From a bacterium (GTDB lineage: Bacteria > Joyebacterota > Joyebacteria > Joyebacterales > Joyebacteraceae): a stretch of 64,000 nt of DNA. Below the pieces are notes generated by a model that did no database searches, had not been told where the DNA came from, and saw nothing but the letters and a program-made list of their open reading frames with translations. The position numbers and the translations under genes are program-made. This document shows positions 47,057 through 55,293 of this stretch, piece by piece (positions within the stretch are counted from its first letter, which is position 1; every line of letters begins with the position of its first letter). The stretch covers positions 66,331 through 130,330 of the forward strand of contig JALGZK010000001.1 of assembly GCA_025774935.1 (NCBI GenBank), in the 5' to 3' direction.

Positions 47057-47815
47057 ATGGCTGTACGGAACATAATCATCATCGACGAGGACAAGTGCGA
47101 CGGGTGCGGGGTATGCGTGCCCGCCTGCCACGAGGGCGCGATCCAGGTCATCGACGGGAAGGCCAGACTGGTCAACGAGACGTACTGCGACGGCCTCGGC
47201 GACTGCCTTGGCGAGTGCCCGCAGGACGCGATCACGATCGAGGAGCGCGAGGCCGCCGATTTCGACGAGAAGGCGGTCCAGGAACACCTTACGAGAATCG
47301 GGAGAGCCGCTCCGAAGCCCGCAGCCGCGGAGCAGGCGCACCACGGGGGCGGCTGTCCGGGCTCGGCGATGCGGAGCTTCGACCAGCCGGCGCCCGCCAG
47401 GGCTACGGCCACAGCGACGGCCAGGCAGTCGCAGCTCGGCCACTGGCCGGTCCAGCTCATGCTGGTTCCGCCCGCGGCGCCGTTCCTGAAGGGCGCCGAC
47501 ATCCTCCTCGCGGCGGACTGCGTGCCGTTCGCGACGGCGAACTTCCACGAGCACTACCTCGCCGGGAAGTCCGTCATCGTGGGATGTCCGAAGCTCGACG
47601 ACATCGGGTACTACCAGGAGAAGCTGAAGGCGATCTTCGCCGAGGCGAAGCCGCACTCGGTGACCGTCGTGAGGATGGAGGTGCCGTGCTGCGGAGGCAT
47701 CGCGAGCGCGGCCATCCAGGCGCGCAACGAGGTGGCGCCCGACACGAAGCTCGAGGTCGTCACGGTCGGGATCCGCGGGGACGAGCTTGGCCGTGAGGAG
47801 GTCGCCGCGGCGTGA
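47057..47815 (+). CDS. 4Fe-4S cluster-binding protein
   Basis: CDGCG.C..ACHEGA; CDGLG.C..ECP; GGCPGS; WPVQL; ADC; GCPKLD; MEVPCC. Confidence 0.88.
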   Translation: MAVRNIIIIDEDKCDGCGVCVPACHEGAIQVIDGKARLVNETYCDGLGDCLGECPQDAITIEEREAADFDEKAVQEHLTRIGRAAPKPAAAEQAHHGGGCPGSAMRSFDQPAPARATATATARQSQLGHWPVQLMLVPPAAPFLKGADILLAADCVPFATANFHEHYLAGKSVIVGCPKLDDIGYYQEKLKAIFAEAKPHSVTVVRMEVPCCGGIASAAIQARNEVAPDTKLEVVTVGIRGDELGREEVAAA

Positions 47816-48068
47816 GCGGTGCCCTCGAGGCGGCGGGCGGTATCTCGGCTCGAATAGAAGCGTATGGAACCTCGGGGCTCACGGCCCCGAGGTCTCCGTT
47901 TGGGGCAGCGTCCGGGGCGGTGGCCGCCGACGTCGGGACAGGCGGGGAGAGTTAGGGTTCCTCCTGGCCCCCGATACGGTGTATGATGGCGGAACGGAGG
48001 GCGCGGCGCCTGTGGGACGGACGCCCGGGGCCGTCCCGTAGATCGCAGGATTCCCACAAGGAGACGAC

Positions 48069-48359
48069 ATGGCGGACGCGAGAGGCACGGTTCAGGGCGA
48101 CCACGCCGACCACAGCGTGCTCTTCTACGGACTGTCGACGTGTGTCTGGTGCAAGAAGACGCGGGAGTATCTGGAGAACGAGAGCGTGGCCTTCGACTTT
48201 GTCTACGTCGACCTCCTGAAGTACGAGGAGCGGGAGGAGGCGGTCGCGAAGATCGCCGCCGTGAACCCGGGGAAGAACTTCCCGACGATCCTCATCGACG
48301 GGACGGAGGTCGTCGTCGGCTTCAAGCCGGACAAGCTCAAGGAGGTGTTGGGGCTGTGA
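48069..48359 (+). CDS. Glutaredoxin (NrdH-like)
   Basis: LSTCVWCKKT; FPT; VVGF. Confidence 0.9.
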   Translation: MADARGTVQGDHADHSVLFYGLSTCVWCKKTREYLENESVAFDFVYVDLLKYEEREEAVAKIAAVNPGKNFPTILIDGTEVVVGFKPDKLKEVLGL

Positions 48360-48892
48360 GCCGGGAGGCGCCGATACCACAGGAGCGGATCGACGCTCTG
48401 GTGAACGAACTCATACGGGACGCGGAGGCGGGCAGCTATCATCTGAATCCCGACCTGGGGTTCGTGACGGACCTGGCCGCGGGGCTCCTGGTGAACGAGG
48501 AGCGGCACGGCTATCGGTCCTGCCCGTGCCGGCTCGCGGTCGACGACCGCGAACGCGACCGTGACATCATCTGTCCCTGCGACTACAGGGACCCGGATCT
48601 CTCCGAGCACGGCGCCTGCTACTGCGCGCTCTACGTTTCGGGGGACGTGCTGACGGGGAAGCGCGAGCTCGGTTCGGTTCCGGAACGGAGGCCGACCGAG
48701 GAGGAGAGAGCGAGAGCCCGCGAGGCTCGAAGCGCGAGCATCGCGGGGACCGGCGGGGCGTCCGGAGGCCTGGTGCCGCCACTTCCGGTCTGGCGGTGTA
48801 CCGTCTGCGGGTACCTCTGCGGGCGGGACGAGCCCCCTGAAGTCTGCCCGATCTGCAAGGCCACGAAGGAACGCTTCGATCGCTTTCTGTAG
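48356..48892 (+). CDS. Ferredoxin:thioredoxin/disulfide reductase catalytic subunit with C-terminal rubredoxin-like domain
   Basis: CPC, CPC, CYC; WRCTVCGY...CPIC. Confidence 0.9.
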   Translation: MSREAPIPQERIDALVNELIRDAEAGSYHLNPDLGFVTDLAAGLLVNEERHGYRSCPCRLAVDDRERDRDIICPCDYRDPDLSEHGACYCALYVSGDVLTGKRELGSVPERRPTEEERARAREARSASIAGTGGASGGLVPPLPVWRCTVCGYLCGRDEPPEVCPICKATKERFDRFL

Positions 48893-48938
48893 TCCGATCA
48901 CCGAACGGCGAGGACGGTCGCACACGACGGAGGAAGCA

Positions 48939-49490
48939 ATGGAAGACGGTGGCGTTCCGCTTCACTACGTCTGCACGCACGATCAGGCGCGTGAACTCGC
49001 TTCGGAGTTCGACAGGTTCTGGGTCTCGAACTGCGGTTGCCGTGAGGGCCGCGAGGAAGGCTGCGCGCGCTCCAGGATCGACGTCTGCCTGATGTTTGCG
49101 AGCGACACCGGTTCGAGCGGATCGGGGCTCAAGGAGATCACGAAGGGCGACCTCGAGGCGATCTTCGAAGAGGCAACGAGCAAGTGGCTCGTGACCAGGC
49201 CGTTTCGCGGGTACGTGGACCGGTCGAGGACCGAGGGAATCTGTTTCTGCTGCGACGATTGCTGCGGCTACTTCCTGGATCCGATCGAGGTGTGCGAAAA
49301 GGGGACGCTTCTCGAGAGGACTGCGATGGAGGCCTGCACGGACTGCGGGCTCTGTCCCGACGTGTGCTATTTCCACGCGAGAGAGATGAAGGACGGGAAG
49401 CTCGTCGTCACGCGTGAGCAGTGCTACGGGTGCGGGCTCTGTGCGGACGCCTGCCCGGAGCGGTGCATCGAGATGGTCGGACGTAAGTGA
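48939..49490 (+). CDS. 4Fe-4S cluster-binding protein
   Basis: CGCR; ICFCCDDCC; two ferredoxin motifs. Confidence 0.85.
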   Translation: MEDGGVPLHYVCTHDQARELASEFDRFWVSNCGCREGREEGCARSRIDVCLMFASDTGSSGSGLKEITKGDLEAIFEEATSKWLVTRPFRGYVDRSRTEGICFCCDDCCGYFLDPIEVCEKGTLLERTAMEACTDCGLCPDVCYFHAREMKDGKLVVTREQCYGCGLCADACPERCIEMVGRK

Positions 49491-49518
49491 ACCGGGGAAT
49501 CCGATGGCAGGGACTGCG

Positions 49519-49935
49519 ATGGAGACGGAAGAGCGCGTGAACGCCGACTGTTCGGAGGTGACTCCGGACACGGAGAGGCTGCAGGAAGAGCTCGCGCAGT
49601 ATCGACAGGAGAAGGAGAAGATCCGCCGGCTCGTCGGGCAGATCGGCGGAGTGGCCTCGAACCGGCGCGACCGGATGATGAACGTCATGTTCATGGTCGC
49701 GATCGGACTCCTCCTGATCATCGACGTGCTCCGCCACGTGCTCGGGTGGGAGCTGCCGCTCCCGGCGCTCTTCTCGCTCGAACTCGGCGTGCTGCTGGTG
49801 TCGATCAAGATCATCTGGATGATCCACCGTTCCACGAAGGTCGAGCACTTCCAGTTCTGGATCCTGAACACGATCGAGTTCCGCCTGAACGAGATCTCGA
49901 AGAGGATCTCGGAGATTGAGAAGCGCCTGAAGTAG
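49519..49935 (+). CDS. Hypothetical two-TM protein
   Basis: EKEKIR..VGQIGG; LLVSIKIIWMIH; HFQFWILN.IEFR. Confidence 0.75.
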   Translation: METEERVNADCSEVTPDTERLQEELAQYRQEKEKIRRLVGQIGGVASNRRDRMMNVMFMVAIGLLLIIDVLRHVLGWELPLPALFSLELGVLLVSIKIIWMIHRSTKVEHFQFWILNTIEFRLNEISKRISEIEKRLK

Positions 49936-49983
49936 CTGCCGCGGCTGCGGGTGCGACCGCGCCGCGCGAGCCTGGAGGAGATC

Positions 49984-50499
49984 GTGCTGAGTTCGAAGAC
50001 AGTCGACGCTCTGGAGAGCCCGGCAGTCCGGGCGGCCGTAGAGAGCCCGGTGGGACGTCTGACGCTGGTCGCGACCGACTCCGGACTCCGCGCGCTCCTC
50101 TTCGCCGGAGACGCCAAACGGTACGGGCGGGAGCTCACGAAGCTCAAGGAGGACCCGAGACACCCGGTCCTCGCGGCCGCGTCGGCGCAGCTCGACGAGT
50201 ACTTCTCGGGCGCTCGTCGCCGGTTCGAACTGCCCCTTGCGCTCGAAGGCACGGCGTTCCAGAAGAGGGTCTGGCGCGAGCTCACGAGGATCCCGTACGG
50301 GAAGACCCGGAGCTACGGCGAGATCGCGGCGCGCCTCGGCTCGCCGGGGAGCTCTCGCGCCGTCGGGGCAGCGAATGGGAGGAACCCCGTTGCAGTCATC
50401 GTGCCCTGCCACCGCGTCATCGGCGCCGACGGATCCCTCACGGGATTTGGGGGAGGACTCGATCGGAAGGAGTACCTGCTAGATCTGGAGTCCCGCTGA
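49984..50499 (+). CDS. ogt: Methylated-DNA--protein-cysteine methyltransferase
   Basis: IPYG.T.SYGEIA; RAVG.ANGRNP; PCHRVIG. Confidence 0.92.
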   Translation: MLSSKTVDALESPAVRAAVESPVGRLTLVATDSGLRALLFAGDAKRYGRELTKLKEDPRHPVLAAASAQLDEYFSGARRRFELPLALEGTAFQKRVWRELTRIPYGKTRSYGEIAARLGSPGSSRAVGAANGRNPVAVIVPCHRVIGADGSLTGFGGGLDRKEYLLDLESR

Positions 50500-50520
50500 G
50501 TACCGGCCGGAAGGACCTCC

Positions 50521-51462
50521 ATGCCGTCTGAACACGCAACCTCGGCGCCCCGGACACTGACGAGGATCGTCGGTACGTCCTTCCAGGGCTTCTTCGCCGA
50601 GCGTTGTCCTGAGGCCGCGGCCGGCATCGGATTCTACGCGGTCTTCGCGCTCTTCCCGTTCCTGCTCCTGCTCGTGGCCGCGAGCAGCTTCCTCCTGGAG
50701 TCCCCCGACACGCAGGAGCGCGTGCTCTCCGCCGTGCTCAGGTTCCTGCCGGTCTCGGGAGAGATCGTCACCGAGAACATGCGGAACCTCGTCGGCTCAC
50801 GCGCGACGGCTGGAGTCGTCAGTGCGGTGGGCCTCCTCTGGGCGGCGACCGGCGTCTTCACGACAGTCGTCCGGAACGTCGACCGGGCGTGGCGAGGCGA
50901 GCTGACAAGGAACGTGCTCCTGTCCAGGCTCGTCGCGCTCGTGATCGTGTTCGGCCTGGTGGGCCTGGCGGCTCTGCTGCTCCTCGCGCGGTCGTTCATC
51001 TGCATCCCGACCGGATGGTCGCTCCCGGGGCCGCTGCAGGAGACGGTCGCCATCGCGTGCCGGCTCCCGAGCCGAGCCGCCATTTCCGGCTTCATATTCC
51101 TGACTCTCACGCTCCTCTACCGGCTGGTGCCCGGGACGCGCGTGAGATGGCGTGAAGCGGCGCTCGGCGGGGCGGTGGGAATCCTCGCGTTCCGGCTGGT
51201 GACCGCGGGGTTCACGTGGTACCTGGACAGCGGTCTTGCTCGGTACAACGTCGTGTACGGATCGCTGGGAGCGCTCGTTGCGCTCCTCTCGTGGATCTAC
51301 ATCGTGGCGGCCATCGTTCTGTACGGTGCGCACCTGAGCGCGGCGACCGCGGCGCACACGCGCGGCCTGCCCGTCAGGATTCGAGGGCCGTACGGGGAGA
51401 CGGAGACGCATGCGGACGGGGGGCGCGAGGAGACTGAGCCAACAGAAGGTGAAACCGAATGA
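50521..51462 (+). CDS. YihY/BrkB family membrane protein
   Basis: AA.I.FYA.F.LFP; YN.VYGSLG...LLSWIY. Confidence 0.88.
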   Translation: MPSEHATSAPRTLTRIVGTSFQGFFAERCPEAAAGIGFYAVFALFPFLLLLVAASSFLLESPDTQERVLSAVLRFLPVSGEIVTENMRNLVGSRATAGVVSAVGLLWAATGVFTTVVRNVDRAWRGELTRNVLLSRLVALVIVFGLVGLAALLLLARSFICIPTGWSLPGPLQETVAIACRLPSRAAISGFIFLTLTLLYRLVPGTRVRWREAALGGAVGILAFRLVTAGFTWYLDSGLARYNVVYGSLGALVALLSWIYIVAAIVLYGAHLSAATAAHTRGLPVRIRGPYGETETHADGGREETEPTEGETE

Positions 51463-51479
51463 CAGAACGGGGGGGGAGT

Positions 51480-51929
51480 ATGAAGAGGATCCTGACCATC
51501 CTGCTCGTGACCGTGACGTGCGCCGGAGGTGCGCTCGCACATTGTGAGATCCCGTGCGGGATCTACGACGACGAAGCTCGTCTGGCTGAGATCGCGGAGC
51601 ACGTCACCACGATCGAAAAGTCGATGACCATGATCGGGGAGCTGTCGTCGGGACCCGACATCGACCACAACCAGCTCGCGCGCTGGGTGGCAAACAAGGA
51701 AGAGCACGCGGAGGCGATCCAGCACGTCGTGTGGCAGTACTTCATGACCCAGCGCGTTAAGCCGGTCGATCCGGGTGGGGACGGCCACAGGGCGTACGTG
51801 AAGAAGCTCACCCTCCTGCATGGGATGCTGGTGCAGGCGATGAAGGCGAAGCAGTCGGTCGATCCGGAAGTAGTGGCGCGTCTTCGCGAACTCCTGACTG
51901 CGTTCTCTGCTGCGTACGCAGGTCACTAG
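51480..51929 (+). CDS. sodN: Nickel superoxide dismutase with signal peptide
   Basis: Ni-hook HCEIPCGIYD directly after ...GALA; KEEHA; YF. Confidence 0.88.
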   Translation: MKRILTILLVTVTCAGGALAHCEIPCGIYDDEARLAEIAEHVTTIEKSMTMIGELSSGPDIDHNQLARWVANKEEHAEAIQHVVWQYFMTQRVKPVDPGGDGHRAYVKKLTLLHGMLVQAMKAKQSVDPEVVARLRELLTAFSAAYAGH

Positions 51930-51960
51930 CTGCGGGGACGCCCGTCCCTGGGGGAGACCG

Positions 51961-52662
51961 ATGGCGGACGAGCTCAAGAGACTCGTCGCCGACGAGGCGG
52001 CCCGAATGATCGTGAGCGGTCAGCGCGTGGGACTGGGCTCCGGGTCGACCGCCGGGCTCTTCGTCGCGGCGTTGGGGAAGCGGATCGCGGGAGGAGCGGT
52101 CGCGGACGTCGTGGGCGTGCCGACGTCGGCCGCGACCCGGGAGCTGGCCTGGATGCACAGCGTGCCCGTCGCCACGCTGGAGGAGTGCCCGCGCCTGGAC
52201 CTGACCGTCGACGGCGCGGACGAGATCGACCCGTGGCTGGATCTCATCAAGGGGCAGGGCGGCGCGCTCATGCGGGAGAAGATAGTGGCCGCGGCGAGCG
52301 AGCGGTTCGTCGTGATAGCGGACGAGAGCAAGCTCGTGTCGAAGCTCGGTAACCGTGCGCCGGTTCCGGTGGAGGTCCTGCCGTTCGGGTGGAGGTCCAC
52401 GGCCAGGAGCATCGAGGCCATCGGGGCGGAGGTGGTGCTGAGGACTGCGGGCGACGACCCGTTCGTGACGGACCAGACGAACTGGATCCTCGACTGTCGT
52501 TTCCAGCAGATCGACGACGCGTGGGACCTCGCGTGCGAGCTCGACGCGATCGCAGGGGCGCTCGCGCACGGGCTCTTCGTCGGCATGACCGACGCGGTGA
52601 TGGTCGGCAGGAACGATGGGGTCGAGACGCTGACGGGGCGGGGAGCGGGCGGCGGAGGATGA
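51961..52662 (+). CDS. rpiA: Ribose-5-phosphate isomerase A
   Basis: GLGSGST; DGADE; KG.GGAL.REK; PVEV. Confidence 0.93.
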   Translation: MADELKRLVADEAARMIVSGQRVGLGSGSTAGLFVAALGKRIAGGAVADVVGVPTSAATRELAWMHSVPVATLEECPRLDLTVDGADEIDPWLDLIKGQGGALMREKIVAAASERFVVIADESKLVSKLGNRAPVPVEVLPFGWRSTARSIEAIGAEVVLRTAGDDPFVTDQTNWILDCRFQQIDDAWDLACELDAIAGALAHGLFVGMTDAVMVGRNDGVETLTGRGAGGGG

Positions 52663-52742
52663 TGATGGCGTCGCCGCCCGTGGACGTGCCACCGGTGGCT
52701 CGCACGACCTGAGAACACCCGGTACTTCACCCGGAGGATCCC

Positions 52743-53342
52743 GTGAGGAAAAAGGGACAGTCGAAGGGCATCTTCTGCATCGAAGGGCTGTGGTCGCAGG
52801 ATCTCCGCATAAGCTCGTCAGTCGTACCGTTTCTCGACCTCCTCAACCTCAACGCGCCGCTCGAGTACATCCATCTCGACTGCGCGACGGCGCAGGAGTT
52901 CGAGTTCTATCTCCTGAAGTGGGTGCAGAAGCGGTACGACCGCTTTCCGATCCTCTACCTCGCGAGCCACGGTTACGCCAGCGGGGTCGAGCTCGGGAAG
53001 GACCGCTACTCGATCGAAGACCTGGGGACCTTCCTCGAGGGGAAGTGCGCCAACCGCCTGATCATGTTCTCGGCGTGCAGCACGCTCGGGATCGACAAGC
53101 GGATACTCAAGACGTTCCTCCGCAGGACCGACGCTCTGGCCGTGTGCGGGTACCGGACGGACGTGAACTGGATGCACTCGACGGCGTTCGAACTGCTCGT
53201 CTTCTCGCACATCCAGAAGAACGAGTTCTCGGGGAGGGGGATCGAAGCGATCGCCGCGGAGGCGAACGCTATCGCTAAGAGCTTCAGGGAACTCGAGTTC
53301 GTGATGGTGACGGTGAAGGACCTCGAGCCTCCGGCGAGCTGA
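52743..53342 (+). CDS. DUF6642-like (CHAT/caspase-like fold) protein
   Basis: IFCIEG.W; ILYLASHG; FSACST; VCGY...VNW. Confidence 0.7.
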   Translation: MRKKGQSKGIFCIEGLWSQDLRISSSVVPFLDLLNLNAPLEYIHLDCATAQEFEFYLLKWVQKRYDRFPILYLASHGYASGVELGKDRYSIEDLGTFLEGKCANRLIMFSACSTLGIDKRILKTFLRRTDALAVCGYRTDVNWMHSTAFELLVFSHIQKNEFSGRGIEAIAAEANAIAKSFRELEFVMVTVKDLEPPAS

Positions 53343-53372
53343 GGCCGGAGGGTCCTGGCCCGGCCCCGCGGA

Positions 53373-53400
53373 GGAAGCCCCGCCGAGAGGCGGGGCTTCC
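53373..53400 (+). terminator. Perfect 12-bp hairpin with GAGA tetraloop (terminator or stability element; no U-tract)
   Basis: GGAAGCCCCGCC-GAGA-GGCGGGGCTTCC. Confidence 0.45.
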
Positions 53401-53420
53401 GCTCGGAGAGGAGCAACGGA

Positions 53421-54131
53421 GTGGCGCTCGACCTCGGTCGATTCGAGGCCCTGACGTTCGACTGCTTCGGAACGCTCATCGACTGGGAGAGCGGCATCCT
53501 GAACGCGCTCCGCCCGTTGCTCGGGAACCACGGGGCGGAGCCCGACGACGAGAAGGTTCTCCGGATCTACGCTGGCCTCGAGTCCGAGCTCGAGCGGGGC
53601 CCGTATCGGACGTACCGGATGGTCCTTCGCGAGGTCGTGCGGGGATTCGGGAGGAGGTTCGGGTTCGAGCCATCCGCAGACGAAGTGTTGACGTTGGAGG
53701 ATTCGCTGCCGCTGTGGCCGGCGTTTCCTGACACCGTGGCCGCGCTCGCGGCACTGGGGAGAACGTACCGACTCGCCGTGATCTCGAATGTCGACGACGA
53801 CCTCTTCGCGGACACGGCCAAGACGCTGGGCGACCCGTTCGAAATCGTGGTCACAGCGGAGCAGGTCGGCGCGTACAAGCCGTCGCCCGTGGTCTTCGAC
53901 AGGGCCATCGAGCTCATCGGGACGTCGCAGGACGCCGTGCTCCACGTTGCACAGAGCCTCTACCACGACATCGAGCCCGCACTTGGGCTCGGTCTCGCCA
54001 CGGTGTGGGTCAACCGCCGCGGGGGGAAGGTGGGCTTCGGTGCCACCCCGGAGTCCGCCGCAGTGCCGGACCTCACGGTACCGGACCTGGAGACGCTGGC
54101 GAAACTCGCGCTCGAGGGGCCCGTATCCTAA
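53421..54131 (+). CDS. Haloacid dehalogenase type II-like HAD hydrolase
   Basis: TFDCFGTLIDWE; SNVD; YKP; HVAQSLYHD. Confidence 0.9.
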   Translation: MALDLGRFEALTFDCFGTLIDWESGILNALRPLLGNHGAEPDDEKVLRIYAGLESELERGPYRTYRMVLREVVRGFGRRFGFEPSADEVLTLEDSLPLWPAFPDTVAALAALGRTYRLAVISNVDDDLFADTAKTLGDPFEIVVTAEQVGAYKPSPVVFDRAIELIGTSQDAVLHVAQSLYHDIEPALGLGLATVWVNRRGGKVGFGATPESAAVPDLTVPDLETLAKLALEGPVS

Positions 54132-54224
54132 GGCTTGGAGACGAGTTGCGAGTCCGGATAAGGCATGATAAGGGACATCCAGTTTGATGCAGAGAGGACT
54201 CCCGTGGAGAGGAGGAAGAGGACG

Positions 54225-55247
54225 ATGAGGAGACCAACTTGGCCCTCCCTTTGCATGGTAGGGACGCGACAGGGCGCCTCTGTGGCCGTGTACGGGCTCG
54301 TCGTGGCCGCCCTGGTGCTCGCTGCCTGCGCGGCCGTTGCAGAAGAGCCGATCGCCACGTTCTCGATCGTCGGGTACGACCCGGAGACGGGCGACCTCGG
54401 CGTGGCCGTTCAGTCGAGGTTCTTCGCCGTCGGCGCGGTGGTGCCGTGGGCGAAGGCCAACGTCGGCGCGATCGCGAGCCAGGCGTACGGGAACACGACG
54501 TTCGGTCCCCGAGGCCTCGCGCTTCTCGAGGAGGGTGTCGGAGTCGAAGCGGTGCTCGCGGAGCTTCTCGCTGACGACCCGGACCGGCAGCGCCGTCAGG
54601 TCGGGATCGTGAACGCCCAGGGCGGCGCCGCCGCGTTCACCGGCCAGGAGTGTATGGACTGGGCCGGGCACGTGACGGGCGAGGACTTCACAGCCCAGGG
54701 CAACATCCTCGTCGGCGAGGAGACGGTCGCGGCGATGGCGAAGGCCTTCCGCGAGACCGAGGACATCCTCGGCGAGCGCCTGATGCGGGCGATCGAGGAA
54801 GGCCAGGTCGCAGGCGGCGACTCGAGAGGCGTGCAGTCGGCCGCCATCCTGATCGTCAGGGAAGGCGGAGGGTACGGCGGCTACAACGACGTCTACTGCG
54901 ATCTTCGTGTGGACGATCATGAAGATCCGATCGGAGAGCTCCGGCGGATCTTCAACATGTGGAAGGGCGAGGCTCTCATCTACGAGGGCTACCGGTTGAC
55001 CGAAGAGGAGAAGTGGGAGAAGGCGTTCGACGTGGGGCTTCGGGCGGTCGCGATGGACCCGGACAAGGGCGAGCCGCGCTACCACCTCGGGTGCTACTAC
55101 TCGAAGGCCGGGATGCGGGAGGAAGCTCTGAGCGAGCTCCGGAAGGCCGTGGAGCTCGAGCCCGATCTCGCGCCCCGCGCGAAGCTCGATCCCGACTTCG
55201 AGCCGCTGTACGAGGACGAGGAGTTCCTGGAGATCACCGGCGAGTAG
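54225..55247 (+). CDS. DUF1028 (Ntn-hydrolase-like) protein with C-terminal TPR; start uncertain
   Basis: ATFSIV...GVAVQS; QGNIL; GGDSRG.QSA; DLRVDDH; TPR-like tail. Confidence 0.85.
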   Translation: MRRPTWPSLCMVGTRQGASVAVYGLVVAALVLAACAAVAEEPIATFSIVGYDPETGDLGVAVQSRFFAVGAVVPWAKANVGAIASQAYGNTTFGPRGLALLEEGVGVEAVLAELLADDPDRQRRQVGIVNAQGGAAAFTGQECMDWAGHVTGEDFTAQGNILVGEETVAAMAKAFRETEDILGERLMRAIEEGQVAGGDSRGVQSAAILIVREGGGYGGYNDVYCDLRVDDHEDPIGELRRIFNMWKGEALIYEGYRLTEEEKWEKAFDVGLRAVAMDPDKGEPRYHLGCYYSKAGMREEALSELRKAVELEPDLAPRAKLDPDFEPLYEDEEFLEITGE

Positions 55248-55293
55248 GACTGCGCGCGGCGGTCACGGGAACGAGACGGAAGCACGGGTGACC

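Noticed and set aside
44551-47502. 983-aa minus-strand ORF, and similar long ones (9021-10982, 24446-26791, 52818-55085, 59659-61590)
   Set aside because: Antisense shadows of well-supported + strand genes; high-GC codon bias removes stop codons and the translations show no motifs.
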